Positions 31,205 to 41,589 of a stretch of DNA of 64,000 nucleotides are shown here, piece by piece. Under the pieces are notes generated by a model. It ran no database searches and was not told where the DNA came from. It saw only the letters and a list, made by a program, of their open reading frames with translations. Made by a program: the position numbers and the translations under genes. The stretch spans positions 3,776,001 through 3,840,000 of the forward strand of contig CP181291.1 of assembly GCA_052279835.1 (NCBI GenBank). Direction: 5' to 3'. The DNA is from Microcoleus sp. (GTDB taxonomy: Bacteria > Cyanobacteriota > Cyanobacteriia > Cyanobacteriales > Microcoleaceae). Position 1 is the first letter of the stretch, and every line of letters starts with the position of its first letter.

Positions 31205-33526
31205 ATGGATACCAGAAAAAATTATCAGCCGTTCCTACCAAAATCTAATGGTCAATTGTCTCCCTTGTCTGCTCCTAACTACAGAGATAAGTTTGAAGAA
31301 ATAGAAGAAGAAAAACTAGACTTGTCTTGGCTATTTGGGGTAGTACGCCGTCGCATCCTGGTAATGTTAGTAGCCAGCATTGCTTTGAGTTCCGTGGTGG
31401 GAGCGGTGATCCTCAAAAATTCTAAAAGCATTACCATAGACTATGAAGGCTCATTTTCCTTGTTGGTAGAACCAGCTACCGCTGAAGGTTTACTATCCAA
31501 ACAATTAGATAATACCGTAGCTGCTGACTTGGCTAAAATCAATATAGAAGGGATTAGTTTAGTAGATTATGAAACGCAAATTAGGATTTTACGCAGTCCC
31601 AGAATGATGCGACCAGTGCTACAAAAAATGCGGACATTGTATCCTAATATGACCTACAATGACCTCATGTCAAAAATATCAATAAACCGGATTAGCTATG
31701 AAAAAGATGGCAAACAGCAAGGGACAAAAATTTTAGAAATTAAGTACAAAGATTCAAATCCCAAAAGAATTTATGCTGTATTGGATCAAGTTTCTAAAGC
31801 TTATTTAGAGTACAGTTTGCAACAGCGACTAACAGGTATTAATCAAGGAATTAAGTTTATAGATATGGAGATGCCGAAGCTCCGAGAAAGAGTCGAAGTT
31901 TTGCAACTACAAGTTCAAAAACTGCGTCAGCAGAGCAACTTGTTTGACCCCCAGCTAGAAGGAAAATCTCTGTCAGAACAAGTTCAGAGCATTCGGGGAC
32001 AGCAAGCCACACTCCAAGTACAGTTAAAAGGGATGCGAACTGTCTACCAAAATTATCAAAAACTACTGGAAGAAAATAACCCCGTTGGCATATTAATGAC
32101 CCAAGGACAAGCTTACGCAGGATTATTAGGTGAAATTCAAAAAGTTGACTCAGAAATTTCCCTAAAATTAGCTCAGTACAGAGAGGACAGCTTGCCGATT
32201 TTAGCACTAAAAAAAACGAGGCAAGAACTAATATTAACAGCAAGTCAACAAGCTAAAGAAGTGGTGATGAAAAATTTGAACAGCCAAATCAAAGAACTTG
32301 AAGCACGAGATTTGGAAATGACTCAATTACAAAAACAACAGAATCAAAAAAATAGAGAATTTTCATTAACGACTCGAGAATACGACAATTTACAGCAAGA
32401 ACTGCTAGTGGTGACTAAAAGTTTGTCCGACTTTTTGGCAAAACGAGAAGCTTTGCGGATAGATGCGGCTCAGCAGCAAATACCTTGGGTACTAATTAAC
32501 CCTCCAGAAATCCCCTTAGATAAATTCGGAAAATATATAACTTCAACGGTCAAACAAACTCGCAAACAGTTAGTCCTAGCAGTGGTTTTAAGTAGTTTGC
32601 TGGGGATAGCGATTGGGTTACTGGTGGAGGTACTCAATAATGTGTTCCATACTCCTGAATCCTTGAGAATGGCAACAAAGTTTCCCATAATTGGAGTAAT
32701 CCCATTGACGAAAAAAATCAAGCGCCGCTCTCCAGTTAGAACTAGGAAACTCACCTCGATGAAAGCAAAAAATGCTCAGCCAGTCGATGCTAAACCTCCT
32801 ACTCGGAGCCTGGAAAGTAGCGGTATTTTTAGCGATTCCGACTATAAATTCTTAGAAGCATTTCGATCGCTCTACACTAACATTAACTTGCTAACTGCCG
32901 ACAGGCCAATTCGATCGCTCTTAGTCAGTTCCGCCTTAGACGGAGACGGAAAATCGACAGTAGCCCTGCACCTAGCGGCCACAGCCGCCGCGGTCGGGCA
33001 GAGAGTATTATTAATAGATGCAGATTTGCGTTCTCCGCAACTGCACATTAAGTTAGGACTACCAAACCTGCGGGGACTCAGCGAAGTCATCTCTACAGAC
33101 CTCAGTCTTAACGAAGTCATTCAGCGCTCCCCCTCCGAGGAAAACCTGTTCGTACTCACCGCAGGTCAAATTCCTCCCGATCCGATTAAGTTTCTCTCCT
33201 CCAAAAAAATGCAGTATCTGATGGAGCAATTTCAAGCATTTTTTGACTTAGTGATTTACGACTCGCCTCCTCTAGTCGGCTTGGCAGATGCCCACTTGAT
33301 CGCAGCTCACACTGACGGTACGGTATTGGTGGTGAAAATTGCCAAAACCGACCGAGCCCAAGTTACCAAAGTCTTGGAAGAATTAAAAATTTCAGGAGCT
33401 TCCATCTTGGGAATGGTTGCTAACGGCTTAAAAAGTTCAGGTCAAAACTACCGCCAGCGCCCAGCACTTATAGATGCCCTCTACGAGCAAAAACTACCCG
33501 TTTTAGATCAAAAAAATCATAATTGA
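31205..33526 (+). CDS. wzc: Polysaccharide co-polymerase/BY-kinase
   Basis: Two TM segments, coiled coil, EAFRSL, GDGKST, IDADLR and YDSPP motifs. Confidence 0.9.
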   Translation: MDTRKNYQPFLPKSNGQLSPLSAPNYRDKFEEIEEEKLDLSWLFGVVRRRILVMLVASIALSSVVGAVILKNSKSITIDYEGSFSLLVEPATAEGLLSKQLDNTVAADLAKINIEGISLVDYETQIRILRSPRMMRPVLQKMRTLYPNMTYNDLMSKISINRISYEKDGKQQGTKILEIKYKDSNPKRIYAVLDQVSKAYLEYSLQQRLTGINQGIKFIDMEMPKLRERVEVLQLQVQKLRQQSNLFDPQLEGKSLSEQVQSIRGQQATLQVQLKGMRTVYQNYQKLLEENNPVGILMTQGQAYAGLLGEIQKVDSEISLKLAQYREDSLPILALKKTRQELILTASQQAKEVVMKNLNSQIKELEARDLEMTQLQKQQNQKNREFSLTTREYDNLQQELLVVTKSLSDFLAKREALRIDAAQQQIPWVLINPPEIPLDKFGKYITSTVKQTRKQLVLAVVLSSLLGIAIGLLVEVLNNVFHTPESLRMATKFPIIGVIPLTKKIKRRSPVRTRKLTSMKAKNAQPVDAKPPTRSLESSGIFSDSDYKFLEAFRSLYTNINLLTADRPIRSLLVSSALDGDGKSTVALHLAATAAAVGQRVLLIDADLRSPQLHIKLGLPNLRGLSEVISTDLSLNEVIQRSPSEENLFVLTAGQIPPDPIKFLSSKKMQYLMEQFQAFFDLVIYDSPPLVGLADAHLIAAHTDGTVLVVKIAKTDRAQVTKVLEELKISGASILGMVANGLKSSGQNYRQRPALIDALYEQKLPVLDQKNHN

Positions 33527-33837
33527 CAAACGGTGCTCTCATCCGAGTGATTTCTTTAGTCTGGTTTCAGGGACCGTGGCCGCGAAACCGAAAACCAAAC
33601 TAAATCAGCAATTTTTGACAAAAGTACCATTTAAGAAAGAAAATGATAGACTAACGAACATAGCATGGTGTGTCAAGCGAGATTTCGCGGATGTTTAATT
33701 TCGCGCTAATCCTGAAAAACATGATTGGGAAACGAGGCAAAGTGGGTAAACTAAATCCCAAAGAGCAAAATTTCAATCAAGCTAACATATCTTTTATTGT
33801 GAACGTTTCAACCCAGAAACTTGGTAAGGACTATTCT

Positions 33838-34203
33838 ATGAGTACAGTTATGGTTGTTGATGATAGCGTAACTCTGCGGGAGATGATCGCTGACTTGCTC
33901 AAAGGTAGAGGACTGAACGTCACGGTAGCTAGTGATGGCGTAGAAGCTCTAGAGCAAATTAAGACAAATCGCCCAGATTTGGTAGTTTTGGATATCGTGA
34001 TGCCCCGGATGAATGGCTATGAAGTTTGTCGCCGACTCAAAAGTGACCCCAAAACTCAGAGTTTGCCTGTGGTAATGTGTTCGAGCAAAAGTGAGGAGTT
34101 CGATCGCTACTGGGGTATGAAACAAGGCGCCGATGCTTACATTGCTAAGCCCTTTCACCCCCAGGAATTGGTAGGCACGATCAAGCAACTGCTGCGGGCT
34201 TAA
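33838..34203 (+). CDS. Single-domain CheY/PilH-like response regulator
   Basis: VVDD, LDIVMP, DRYWGMKQGA and AKPF motifs; ATG at 33838. Confidence 0.9.
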   Translation: MSTVMVVDDSVTLREMIADLLKGRGLNVTVASDGVEALEQIKTNRPDLVVLDIVMPRMNGYEVCRRLKSDPKTQSLPVVMCSSKSEEFDRYWGMKQGADAYIAKPFHPQELVGTIKQLLRA

Positions 34204-34458
34204 GCTTGAGGCGATCGCCACAGGAAAAATCCTGTTGCGTATTTCCGATACTTTTTTGCTAACAAATGCTAACAAACATATAAGTTAAGAGATGCTCTTA
34301 ACAAAGGGGTATCAACCAATGCCCGAAGGAAAATCCCCCTTTCTCCCGCTCGTGGCACTTGTGCCCCATCGAGCCCTGCGTTGAAGTCCCGATTTAACAG
34401 GCAACTGGAAGTAGGACTAGAGTGTAGAGTCTAAGGATGAGGGGAATGGTTGTCAAAA

Positions 34459-35425
34459 TTACAAGGGTTGACATATTCCCATTAATGTGCATTCCCAAAC
34501 TAATCGCGGCTGTACATAGTTGAGTAAATATTGTCGCGCTTTTTCTAAAGGCTCTAAGGGCGATCGACTAATTCCCCCAGCCAAAAATTGCTGCCAGTAA
34601 CAGTGCTGTAGATAATCGATTAACCATAACTGAGATTCAGTATCCAAAGTTTTATCAATTTCCTTTGCCAATTCCAAGGCCGATCGCACATTTTGAGGCA
34701 ACTGCTTAACTTTTTGTAACAAATCATCCGGCATCGATTGCAGTTGCTGCCAAATAGCAATTGCCTCTCCAGGACTTCCCTGGGCCATTCCCATCACCTC
34801 AGCATGGGACAAAATCTCTCCAAATCCCCTTTGCTCCAATACCAGTGCCATCGCTGCGGGATTCAGGCGATTAAACTGAATTTTTTGACACCGTGAAATC
34901 AAGGTTGGTAGCAAAGATTCCACAGTCGGAGCCATTAAAATTAGCGCAGCTTTTCCCGGCTCTTCCAAAGTCTTCAATAAACCATTGGCAGCCCCCTCAC
35001 CCATAGTTTCTGCTTGCGACAACACGACAATAGAACGGGCAGATTCTAGGGGTGGTCTACTCAGAAAATCACCGATTTCTCGCACCTGTTCTAGTCGAAT
35101 TTGGGGCGGTGATTTGCGCTTCAAGCCCGCTTCCTCAGCTTCCTGTGCTGACAGCCGCTTGCCTTGATTCATGTAAGTGGGTTCTACCCAGAGCAAGTCT
35201 GGGTGATTTCCCAGTCGCACGCGGTTTTGCACCGAGGCTATTAATTTGGGTTTCTGTCAGATTTGCCGAGAATAAAAGCTTAATAAAACACCGAGCCGCT
35301 AAACTTTTGCCGATCCCGTTAGATCCCACAAATAAATAGCCGGGAGCAATGCGGTTGCCAGAGACGGCTTGAGTGAGTAATTCTACTGCCTGGTTTTGTC
35401 CGATTAATGATTCAAAATAATCCAT
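34459..35425 (-). pseudogene. holB: DNA polymerase III delta' subunit, frameshifted near 35240-35247 (probable sequencing error)
   Basis: N-part has LIGQ...YLFVGSNGIGKS; C-part has NHPDL, AANGLLKTLEEP and TLISRCQ; follows tmk. Confidence 0.88.
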
Positions 35426-35428
35426 AAT

Positions 35429-36091
35429 TCAAAATTCCGAACTCTTTCCATATCCCCAAGCTGCTAACTTACTACTTAAGATAGTTTGAATTTCCTTGGC
35501 GACTTCATCCTCCGTGCGATCGGCATTTATGCGCATAATTCGATCCGGATTTTGTCTAGTCAACTCCGAAAAACCTTGTTGTACCCGCTGGTGAAATGCC
35601 AAATCAGCTTGCTCCATGCGATCGCACTCTCCCCTCGCCCTTGCCCTCGCCAAGCCCGCTGACACATCAATATCCAGCCAAAAAGTTAAATCACTTTGCA
35701 AGCCCCCAGTAGCAATGGCGTTCAGTTGCTCAATTAAGTCTAAATTAATACCACGGCCGTAGCCCTGATAAGCAATAGTAGAATCAGTAAAGCGATCGCA
35801 CAAAACCACCGTCCCCAGGGCTAACTTAGGTTTGAGAAAAGTTTCGACGTGCTGACTGCGATCGGCAGCATACATCAGTAATTCCGCTCGATTTGATACT
35901 AATTCCTCGGACTCAGGCTCCAGTAATAACCTTCTGAGTCGCTTTCCCAGTTCAGTCCCCCCAGGCTCACGAGTAGCAACAAAATTTTTGATTTTAAGAC
36001 AGTTTTTGGGCAGCCAATGTATCAACCGCTGCATTTGCGTAGTTTTTCCTGCACCTTCAACTCCTTCAAAGACGATCAGTTTCCCTGCCAT
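35429..36091 (-). CDS. tmk: Thymidylate kinase
   Basis: FEGVEGAGKTTQ, TREPGG and DRFTDSTIAYQG motifs. Confidence 0.97.
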   Translation of the reverse strand: MAGKLIVFEGVEGAGKTTQMQRLIHWLPKNCLKIKNFVATREPGGTELGKRLRRLLLEPESEELVSNRAELLMYAADRSQHVETFLKPKLALGTVVLCDRFTDSTIAYQGYGRGINLDLIEQLNAIATGGLQSDLTFWLDIDVSAGLARARARGECDRMEQADLAFHQRVQQGFSELTRQNPDRIMRINADRTEDEVAKEIQTILSSKLAAWGYGKSSEF

Positions 36092-36198
36092 TGACTTCCC
36101 TTAGAATTTGGATAAAATAAATGATTATTGTACTGTAGATATCTTAGATGTTAGGTATGATGATAAAGTCTAAATGCCTCACGGCAGGAGTTTTTTTT

Positions 36199-36546
36199 AT
36201 GGCTCGTTATACTGGTTTTTTTATCGTTGCCGTTCCCATCGACCGTCTCCGTCACTCTTTGATTGAGATTTTAGAGTCATGCAATCTTGATATTATCTAC
36301 AATACAGGAGATTCTCTCATGGCTCGCGAACTTCCTGGTCAAGTTTCTATACCCAAGCTCGTCACCGCAGAAGTCCTAATTGAGCAAAACACGAGCAGCG
36401 ATTCAGAAGTTCGCATGAATTTCGTGATTAAAAACGAGGAACTCCCTCTCAAAACCAATAACCACTGCCGTCAAATGTTTGAGCTAGTCACTCAGTCGAT
36501 TATGAGCAACCGTAACTGGCGGCTCTTAGAAAGTATGGCACTTTAG
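36199..36546 (+). CDS. Conserved cyanobacterial hypothetical protein
   Basis: AGGAG RBS before ATG 36199; MARYT...KNEELPL..NNHC. Confidence 0.7.
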   Translation: MARYTGFFIVAVPIDRLRHSLIEILESCNLDIIYNTGDSLMARELPGQVSIPKLVTAEVLIEQNTSSDSEVRMNFVIKNEELPLKTNNHCRQMFELVTQSIMSNRNWRLLESMAL

Positions 36547-36597
36547 TCATTAGTCATTAGTCATTAGTCGTTAGTCATTAGTCATTAGTCATTAGTC
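36543..36597. repeat. (TTAGTCA)n STRR2-like array
   Basis: About 8 tandem 7-mers; a shorter array lies at about 3613-3646. Confidence 0.9.
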
Positions 36598-36713
36598 GCT
36601 ATTTTGATTGAATTCAGCCTTCAGTATCCATACTTTCGGCCTTGTGCTTTCGGCAGGCATGAGTTCTTGGCTAATGACCAATGACTGAGGATTTTTACCT
36701 AAAATCGGTAAAT

Positions 36714-39152
36714 TTAAGGCCGAAATTCGCGACGCAGCAGCAAAGAATTGGTAACAACGCTCACAGAACTAAAGGCCATAAATGCACCAGCCGCCGCAGG
36801 GCTGAGTAAAATTCCCATTGCCGGGAGTAAAAGACCAGCAGCCACGGGAATTCCGAGCATATTGTAACCAAAAGCCCAAAACAGATTTTGGCGAATTTTC
36901 TTAAAAGTAGCGCGACTAAGTTCGATCGACTCCACAACATCCATCAAAGTATTTCGCATCAGGACAATCTGAGCAGTTTCAACAGCTACATCAGTCCCAC
37001 CATGTAACCCGACACCAACATCTGCTTGAGCCAAAGCGGGAGCATCATTAATTCCGTCACCCACCATCGCCACTTTTCTCCCTTCGGCTTGCAAAGCCGC
37101 GATCGCCCTTGCCTTCCCTTCGGGCCGCACTTGGGCCAAAACATCCGTCGTCGGCAAATCTAACTGGTGGGCGATCGCAAACGCCGCCCCAGGCGTATCC
37201 CCCGTCAGCATCATCACCCGCAATCCCATAGCCCGCAAACGCTCCACCGTCGCCTTAGCATCCGGTCTGAGAGTATCTTTTAGCCCGATTACCCCCAGCA
37301 AAACGCCCTCACAAGCTACATAAACCGCCGTTTTGCCTTGAAAAGACCCACACAATTCTGTAGCAATAGCGACCCCCTGCTGCGTCATCCACTCCGCATT
37401 CCCGGCGAACACCAGTCGGCCCTCCACCACAGCCGAAACCCCCAATCCCGGTGCGGTGTAGAAATCCTCAGCAGCCAGCAGTGGCAAAGCTTGTTGTTGA
37501 GCTTCCCGCAAAATCGCTGCGGCGAGGGGATGACAAGAACCCCTTTCCACAGCCGCGGCGATTTGCAAAAGTCTGGAGTCAATGGTAAAACAGGCATCTT
37601 GCCTGTTGCTAACATTCCAATCTGAAGTCCGATCCAACCCAGAACTCTCAAAAATCGGCAAATAATCTGTGAGTGTGAGCTCTCCGGTAGTCAAAGTACC
37701 AGTTTTGTCAAAAACCACTGTATCTAATTGATGCACCCGTTCCAAAACATCACCACCGCGAATCAAAAGCCCGCGCTCCGCCCCAATCCCAGAACCAACT
37801 AAAATTGCAGTTGGGGTAGCCAGTCCCAAAGCACAAGGACAGGCAATGACTAAAACGGCGATCGCCAATTTCAAACTTAACAGCAAAGGTGATTGGTGGC
37901 CCATACCCATTGCCCCATGCCCCATGTTCATGGCCCCATGCCCTAAAAGCACAGATGGCCACAGATGAGTTCCGGCAAAATACCAAAATAGGAAGGTTAA
38001 AGCCGATATCGCCATTACCCCATAGACAAAATATCCCGCCACAGTATCCGCCAAATTTTGAATCGGCGCTTTCCGAGTTTGGGCAGCTTCCACCAAAGCC
38101 ACCATTTGAGCTACAGTAGTTTCTTTACCCGTGCGAGTTGCCCGGATCACGATCGCCCCAGATTGATTGATAGTTCCCGCCGCCACGGGATCTCCTGTTT
38201 GCTTCAAAATCGGCATCGATTCCCCAGTCAGCATCGACTCATCTATGGTTGTTTTACCTTCGCAAACTTCCCCATCTACCGGAATTTTGTCCCCTGGTAA
38301 AACTTGCAGCCATTCTCCGACTCGGACGCGATCGGCTGGAATTTCAATATATTGTGGATTGTAGACCGGAGATGGCGAGTCTAAATCTAAAATCGGCAAT
38401 TTAAAATCAACTAAGCGCGCAGTAGCTGGTTGGAGTGCGATTAAAGCTTGTAGCGCTGATGCGGCGCGCTGTCTAGCTTGCTGTTCCAGAGTTTTCCCCA
38501 ACAAAATAAAGCCCAGCAGCATCACCGGTTCGTCAAAAAAGCATTCCCATCCCATCTGGGGAAACATCAGTGCCGCGTTGCTAGCAGTGTAAGCTGTGAC
38601 AGCGCCTAAAGCTACCAGAGTATTCATATTCGGTGCATTTCGCCACAAACTGCGGCACCCGTCAACTACAATTCGACGCCCAGGTAGTAGTAAAGCTAGG
38701 GTTGCGAGTCCCCAGTGAAACCAAATATTGCTTAAAATTGGGGCTTTTGTTCCCAATACGTGACCTGAACCTGAGAGAATAATTAAGATCAGGGCGATCG
38801 TTAATTGTCCTATTTGCTGTCGAATTTCTTGCTGTCGCCTTTCAATTATCGCCACCTCCATTTCTCGCTGATTTCCACCTGCGCGAGATTGACTGGGAAA
38901 TCCATTATCAGTTAACTTTTTGGCTAAGGCGTCAGCATCGACTACCCCCGGTTCGCACTCAACCGTTGCTACTTCTACGGCTAAGTTAACGCAAGCTGAA
39001 ATTACCCCTGAGTATTGCATTAGTTGGCGTTCAACTGCCTTGGCGCAGCCTGCACACTTCATACCACTGACATCGAAAGTCACAATTTCAGGTGGTGAGG
39101 ATTCTTTGACTGAGATGATTGACGATCGCATTTCAGGAACTGTGTTTGCCAT
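36714..39152 (-). CDS. Cu(I)-translocating P1B-type ATPase (CtaA-like)
   Basis: GMKCAGC HMA domain; TGE, CPC, DKTGT, GDGIND, YN and MAFSS motifs. Confidence 0.93.
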   Translation of the reverse strand: MANTVPEMRSSIISVKESSPPEIVTFDVSGMKCAGCAKAVERQLMQYSGVISACVNLAVEVATVECEPGVVDADALAKKLTDNGFPSQSRAGGNQREMEVAIIERRQQEIRQQIGQLTIALILIILSGSGHVLGTKAPILSNIWFHWGLATLALLLPGRRIVVDGCRSLWRNAPNMNTLVALGAVTAYTASNAALMFPQMGWECFFDEPVMLLGFILLGKTLEQQARQRAASALQALIALQPATARLVDFKLPILDLDSPSPVYNPQYIEIPADRVRVGEWLQVLPGDKIPVDGEVCEGKTTIDESMLTGESMPILKQTGDPVAAGTINQSGAIVIRATRTGKETTVAQMVALVEAAQTRKAPIQNLADTVAGYFVYGVMAISALTFLFWYFAGTHLWPSVLLGHGAMNMGHGAMGMGHQSPLLLSLKLAIAVLVIACPCALGLATPTAILVGSGIGAERGLLIRGGDVLERVHQLDTVVFDKTGTLTTGELTLTDYLPIFESSGLDRTSDWNVSNRQDACFTIDSRLLQIAAAVERGSCHPLAAAILREAQQQALPLLAAEDFYTAPGLGVSAVVEGRLVFAGNAEWMTQQGVAIATELCGSFQGKTAVYVACEGVLLGVIGLKDTLRPDAKATVERLRAMGLRVMMLTGDTPGAAFAIAHQLDLPTTDVLAQVRPEGKARAIAALQAEGRKVAMVGDGINDAPALAQADVGVGLHGGTDVAVETAQIVLMRNTLMDVVESIELSRATFKKIRQNLFWAFGYNMLGIPVAAGLLLPAMGILLSPAAAGAFMAFSSVSVVTNSLLLRREFRP

Positions 39153-39213
39153 AAATTGCCTGGGAATTATTTAGAATTGATTACAATATCTCGGTATTGG
39201 TCATTTTTTTAAC

Positions 39214-39286
39214 AGACATTTCCCAAAAAGCCTGTTAAGAACGGGTATCCTGCCTGTTCCACAAGAAATAATTATGGGAGATGTCT
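39214..39286. mobile_element. Short MITE-like element
   Basis: TIRs AGACATTTCCC and GGGAGATGTCT (10/11 match). Confidence 0.55.
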
Positions 39287-39386
39287 AATCTACTTCATGG
39301 ATAAATGTCTCTACTTTGAGAGTAAATAAAAATTTCGCCATCTACCAAAAGTGTTAGCTTTTTTTAAGCCTTGGCATTTTTGAGTG

Positions 39387-39516
39387 ATATAAAATCCTGT
39401 CTTCATCGTCCTGTATTAAACTCTCTCTTCTCTTCCTTCGCGTACTACCCTACGGGAACCCCTGCGGGGAACGCGCCTTCGCGGTTAAATCATTCCCCTA
39501 CAACCGGAATTGATAT
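39387..39516. mobile_element. MITE-like element (130 bp), second copy of 16372-16477 with a net 24-bp insertion
   Basis: Colinear with the first copy except at 39444-39472. Confidence 0.7.
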
Positions 39517-39583
39517 CAGGAGGGAGAGAGTGCCAATTACAGATTACCCATTAAAATTAGAGTGTAGGAAGGAACACAGACAA

Positions 39584-40159
39584 ATGAGCGTACAATTAAT
39601 TAAAGGTGACAGATTCAATCTTTCTCAAGAATTTCCCAACTTAAAAAGACTGGTCATCGCTTTGGGTTGGCAAGTCAATTCATCATACAAAAACTGTGAC
39701 ATTGATGCTTCAGCATTTATGTTAGGCGCTGATGGCAGAATTCCCCACGAAGACTATTTAGTATTTTATAATAATCCTAAATCCCTAGACGGTGCTGTGA
39801 AACAATCCGGCACGGATAAATCTTCGCCCAGAAAAGGATATATTAATACGCTCTACAGTGTAGATTTATCTCTAATCGATGCCACTATTGAAGAGATTGT
39901 GCTGATTGTCACTATCCACGATGCTGAATCCGTAGGATTAAATTTTAGCAAAATCCAGAACGCCTTTATCAGTCTATACGATCGCGATCGCCAAACGGAA
40001 TTGACTAGGTACGAATTAAAAGAGAATTTTACATTAGAGACAGCTTTGGAATTTGGACGTTTGTATAAAAAAAACGGAGACTGGAGGTTTCAGGCCGTAG
40101 GACAAGGATATAAATCAGGATTGCGAAGTTTTGTGGAAAAATATTATGTAGAAAAGTGA
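39584..40159 (+). CDS. TerD-family stress protein
   Basis: LIKGDRFNL, LGW, DIDASAFML, VFYNN and WRFQAVGQG motifs. Confidence 0.9.
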   Translation: MSVQLIKGDRFNLSQEFPNLKRLVIALGWQVNSSYKNCDIDASAFMLGADGRIPHEDYLVFYNNPKSLDGAVKQSGTDKSSPRKGYINTLYSVDLSLIDATIEEIVLIVTIHDAESVGLNFSKIQNAFISLYDRDRQTELTRYELKENFTLETALEFGRLYKKNGDWRFQAVGQGYKSGLRSFVEKYYVEK

Positions 40160-40162
40160 TGG

Positions 40163-40205
40163 CTAAAGTCCTCACTACCCACCAGGTTTGTAATGAGGAC
40201 TTTAG
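40163..40205. repeat. REP-like inverted repeat, possible bidirectional terminator
   Basis: CTAAAGTCCTCACTAC...GTAATGAGGACTTTAG between convergent genes. Confidence 0.75.
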
Positions 40206-40233
40206 TGCTTCTGAGATCGAGTTTTGTGAAAAA

Positions 40234-41589
40234 CTATTTGGATTTAGCCGGTGCAGAATTTGGCTTAGCCTGGGCCGCATTCGCTTTCGGTGGCGTAGCA
40301 TTGGGTTTTGACTCAGCCTTCTGATTCCCTGTTTTACCAGTCACTTTCTTGGTCAAAACTTCCAAAGCTTTTGCATACTGCGGATCTGCCTTCGTACCGA
40401 TTTTATCCCGATCGCGCCTCAATTCCTCTTTTTGAGCTTCGGTGAGTTCAATTTTCACATCAGGTTCAATGCCCAAGTGGTTGATATCCCGCCCACTGGG
40501 AGTAAAATATTTAGCGATCGTCACAGCTAAACCCGAACCATTTCCCACACCACGTACCGACTGCACTAAACCTTTCCCAAAGGTCTTTGTTCCCACCAAA
40601 ACCGCCCGTTTGTTGTCCTGCAAAGCACCCGAAAGAATCTCGCTAGCACTAGCAGAACCCCCGTCTACCAGTATCACTAAAGCTTTGTCAGTAATCGCTT
40701 TTTTATTGGCAGTTTGTCTATCCGTCTCGCCTATTCGATCGACCGTAGAGACGATCGTACCTTCTTGGAGCCACATCCGAGCAATCTCAATACTCCCATA
40801 CAACAACCCGCCCGGATTGGAACGCAGGTCTAAAATATAGCCTGTCACTTTTTTCTTTTCCAAATCCTGAAGGGCCGATCGCATTTCCGATGCCGCATTT
40901 GCACTAAACTGATTCAGGCGAATATAGCCGATTTCACCCATCGGACTTTTCTGTACCAAATGTCGCACCGGATGAATTTCAATCTTCGCCCTTTTCAGCT
41001 TAAATTGTATTTCCTTATTATTGCGGATAATAGTCAATGTCACCTCAGTATTAACTTGACCGCGAATCAAATTTACCGCTTGATTCGTGTCCATCCCCTC
41101 GGTGCTCTTGCCATCGATTTTACTAATAATATCTTTTGCTTGAATCCCCGCTTTAAAAGCCGGAGTATCCTCAATGGGCGAAATCACCACTAATTTCTTA
41201 GTTTTTTCATCCTGAGTCAACTGAATTCCCACTCCTGTTAATTCTCCAGAAGTGTCAACCTGCATATTTTTGAACTCTTGTGGGTTCATAAACCTAGTAT
41301 AAGGATCGTCTAGCTTTTTGAGCATTTCCCGCACGGCCTTATAAGCATCCTCATCACTGCTATAGGTCCGGTTCAAATAATCCTTTCGTACTGCTTTCCA
41401 GTCAACCTGATTAAAAGTACCATCAACATAACTTTTGTCAATAATCTGCCAAACTTCATCAACCAACTCTTTGGGACTACCCCTAAAAGAAGCCAGAGAT
41501 TTAGAACTGCAACCAGTGTTGGCAAGAGTTACAGCAGTGAGTACCACCGCTGCTGCACTTAGAACAAGCCCTCGTTTTGTGATAACCAT
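40234..41589 (-). CDS. Carboxyl-terminal processing protease (S41, CtpA/B/C family)
   Basis: DDPYTRF, GVGI PDZ, DLRSNPGG, SASASE and TFGKGLVQ motifs. Confidence 0.95.
   Translation of the reverse strand: MVITKRGLVLSAAAVVLTAVTLANTGCSSKSLASFRGSPKELVDEVWQIIDKSYVDGTFNQVDWKAVRKDYLNRTYSSDEDAYKAVREMLKKLDDPYTRFMNPQEFKNMQVDTSGELTGVGIQLTQDEKTKKLVVISPIEDTPAFKAGIQAKDIISKIDGKSTEGMDTNQAVNLIRGQVNTEVTLTIIRNNKEIQFKLKRAKIEIHPVRHLVQKSPMGEIGYIRLNQFSANAASEMRSALQDLEKKKVTGYILDLRSNPGGLLYGSIEIARMWLQEGTIVSTVDRIGETDRQTANKKAITDKALVILVDGGSASASEILSGALQDNKRAVLVGTKTFGKGLVQSVRGVGNGSGLAVTIAKYFTPSGRDINHLGIEPDVKIELTEAQKEELRRDRDKIGTKADPQYAKALEVLTKKVTGKTGNQKAESKPNATPPKANAAQAKPNSAPAKSK

Noticed and set aside
34260..34440. Possible ncRNA or cheW remnant after the response regulator
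   Set aside because: Only a weak stem and a 30-codon ORF; nothing recognisable.
35240..35247. Programmed frameshift in holB (and in DUF362, WecB, UPF0182)
   Set aside because: No canonical slippery heptamer with a stimulator was seen; homopolymer indel error is simpler.
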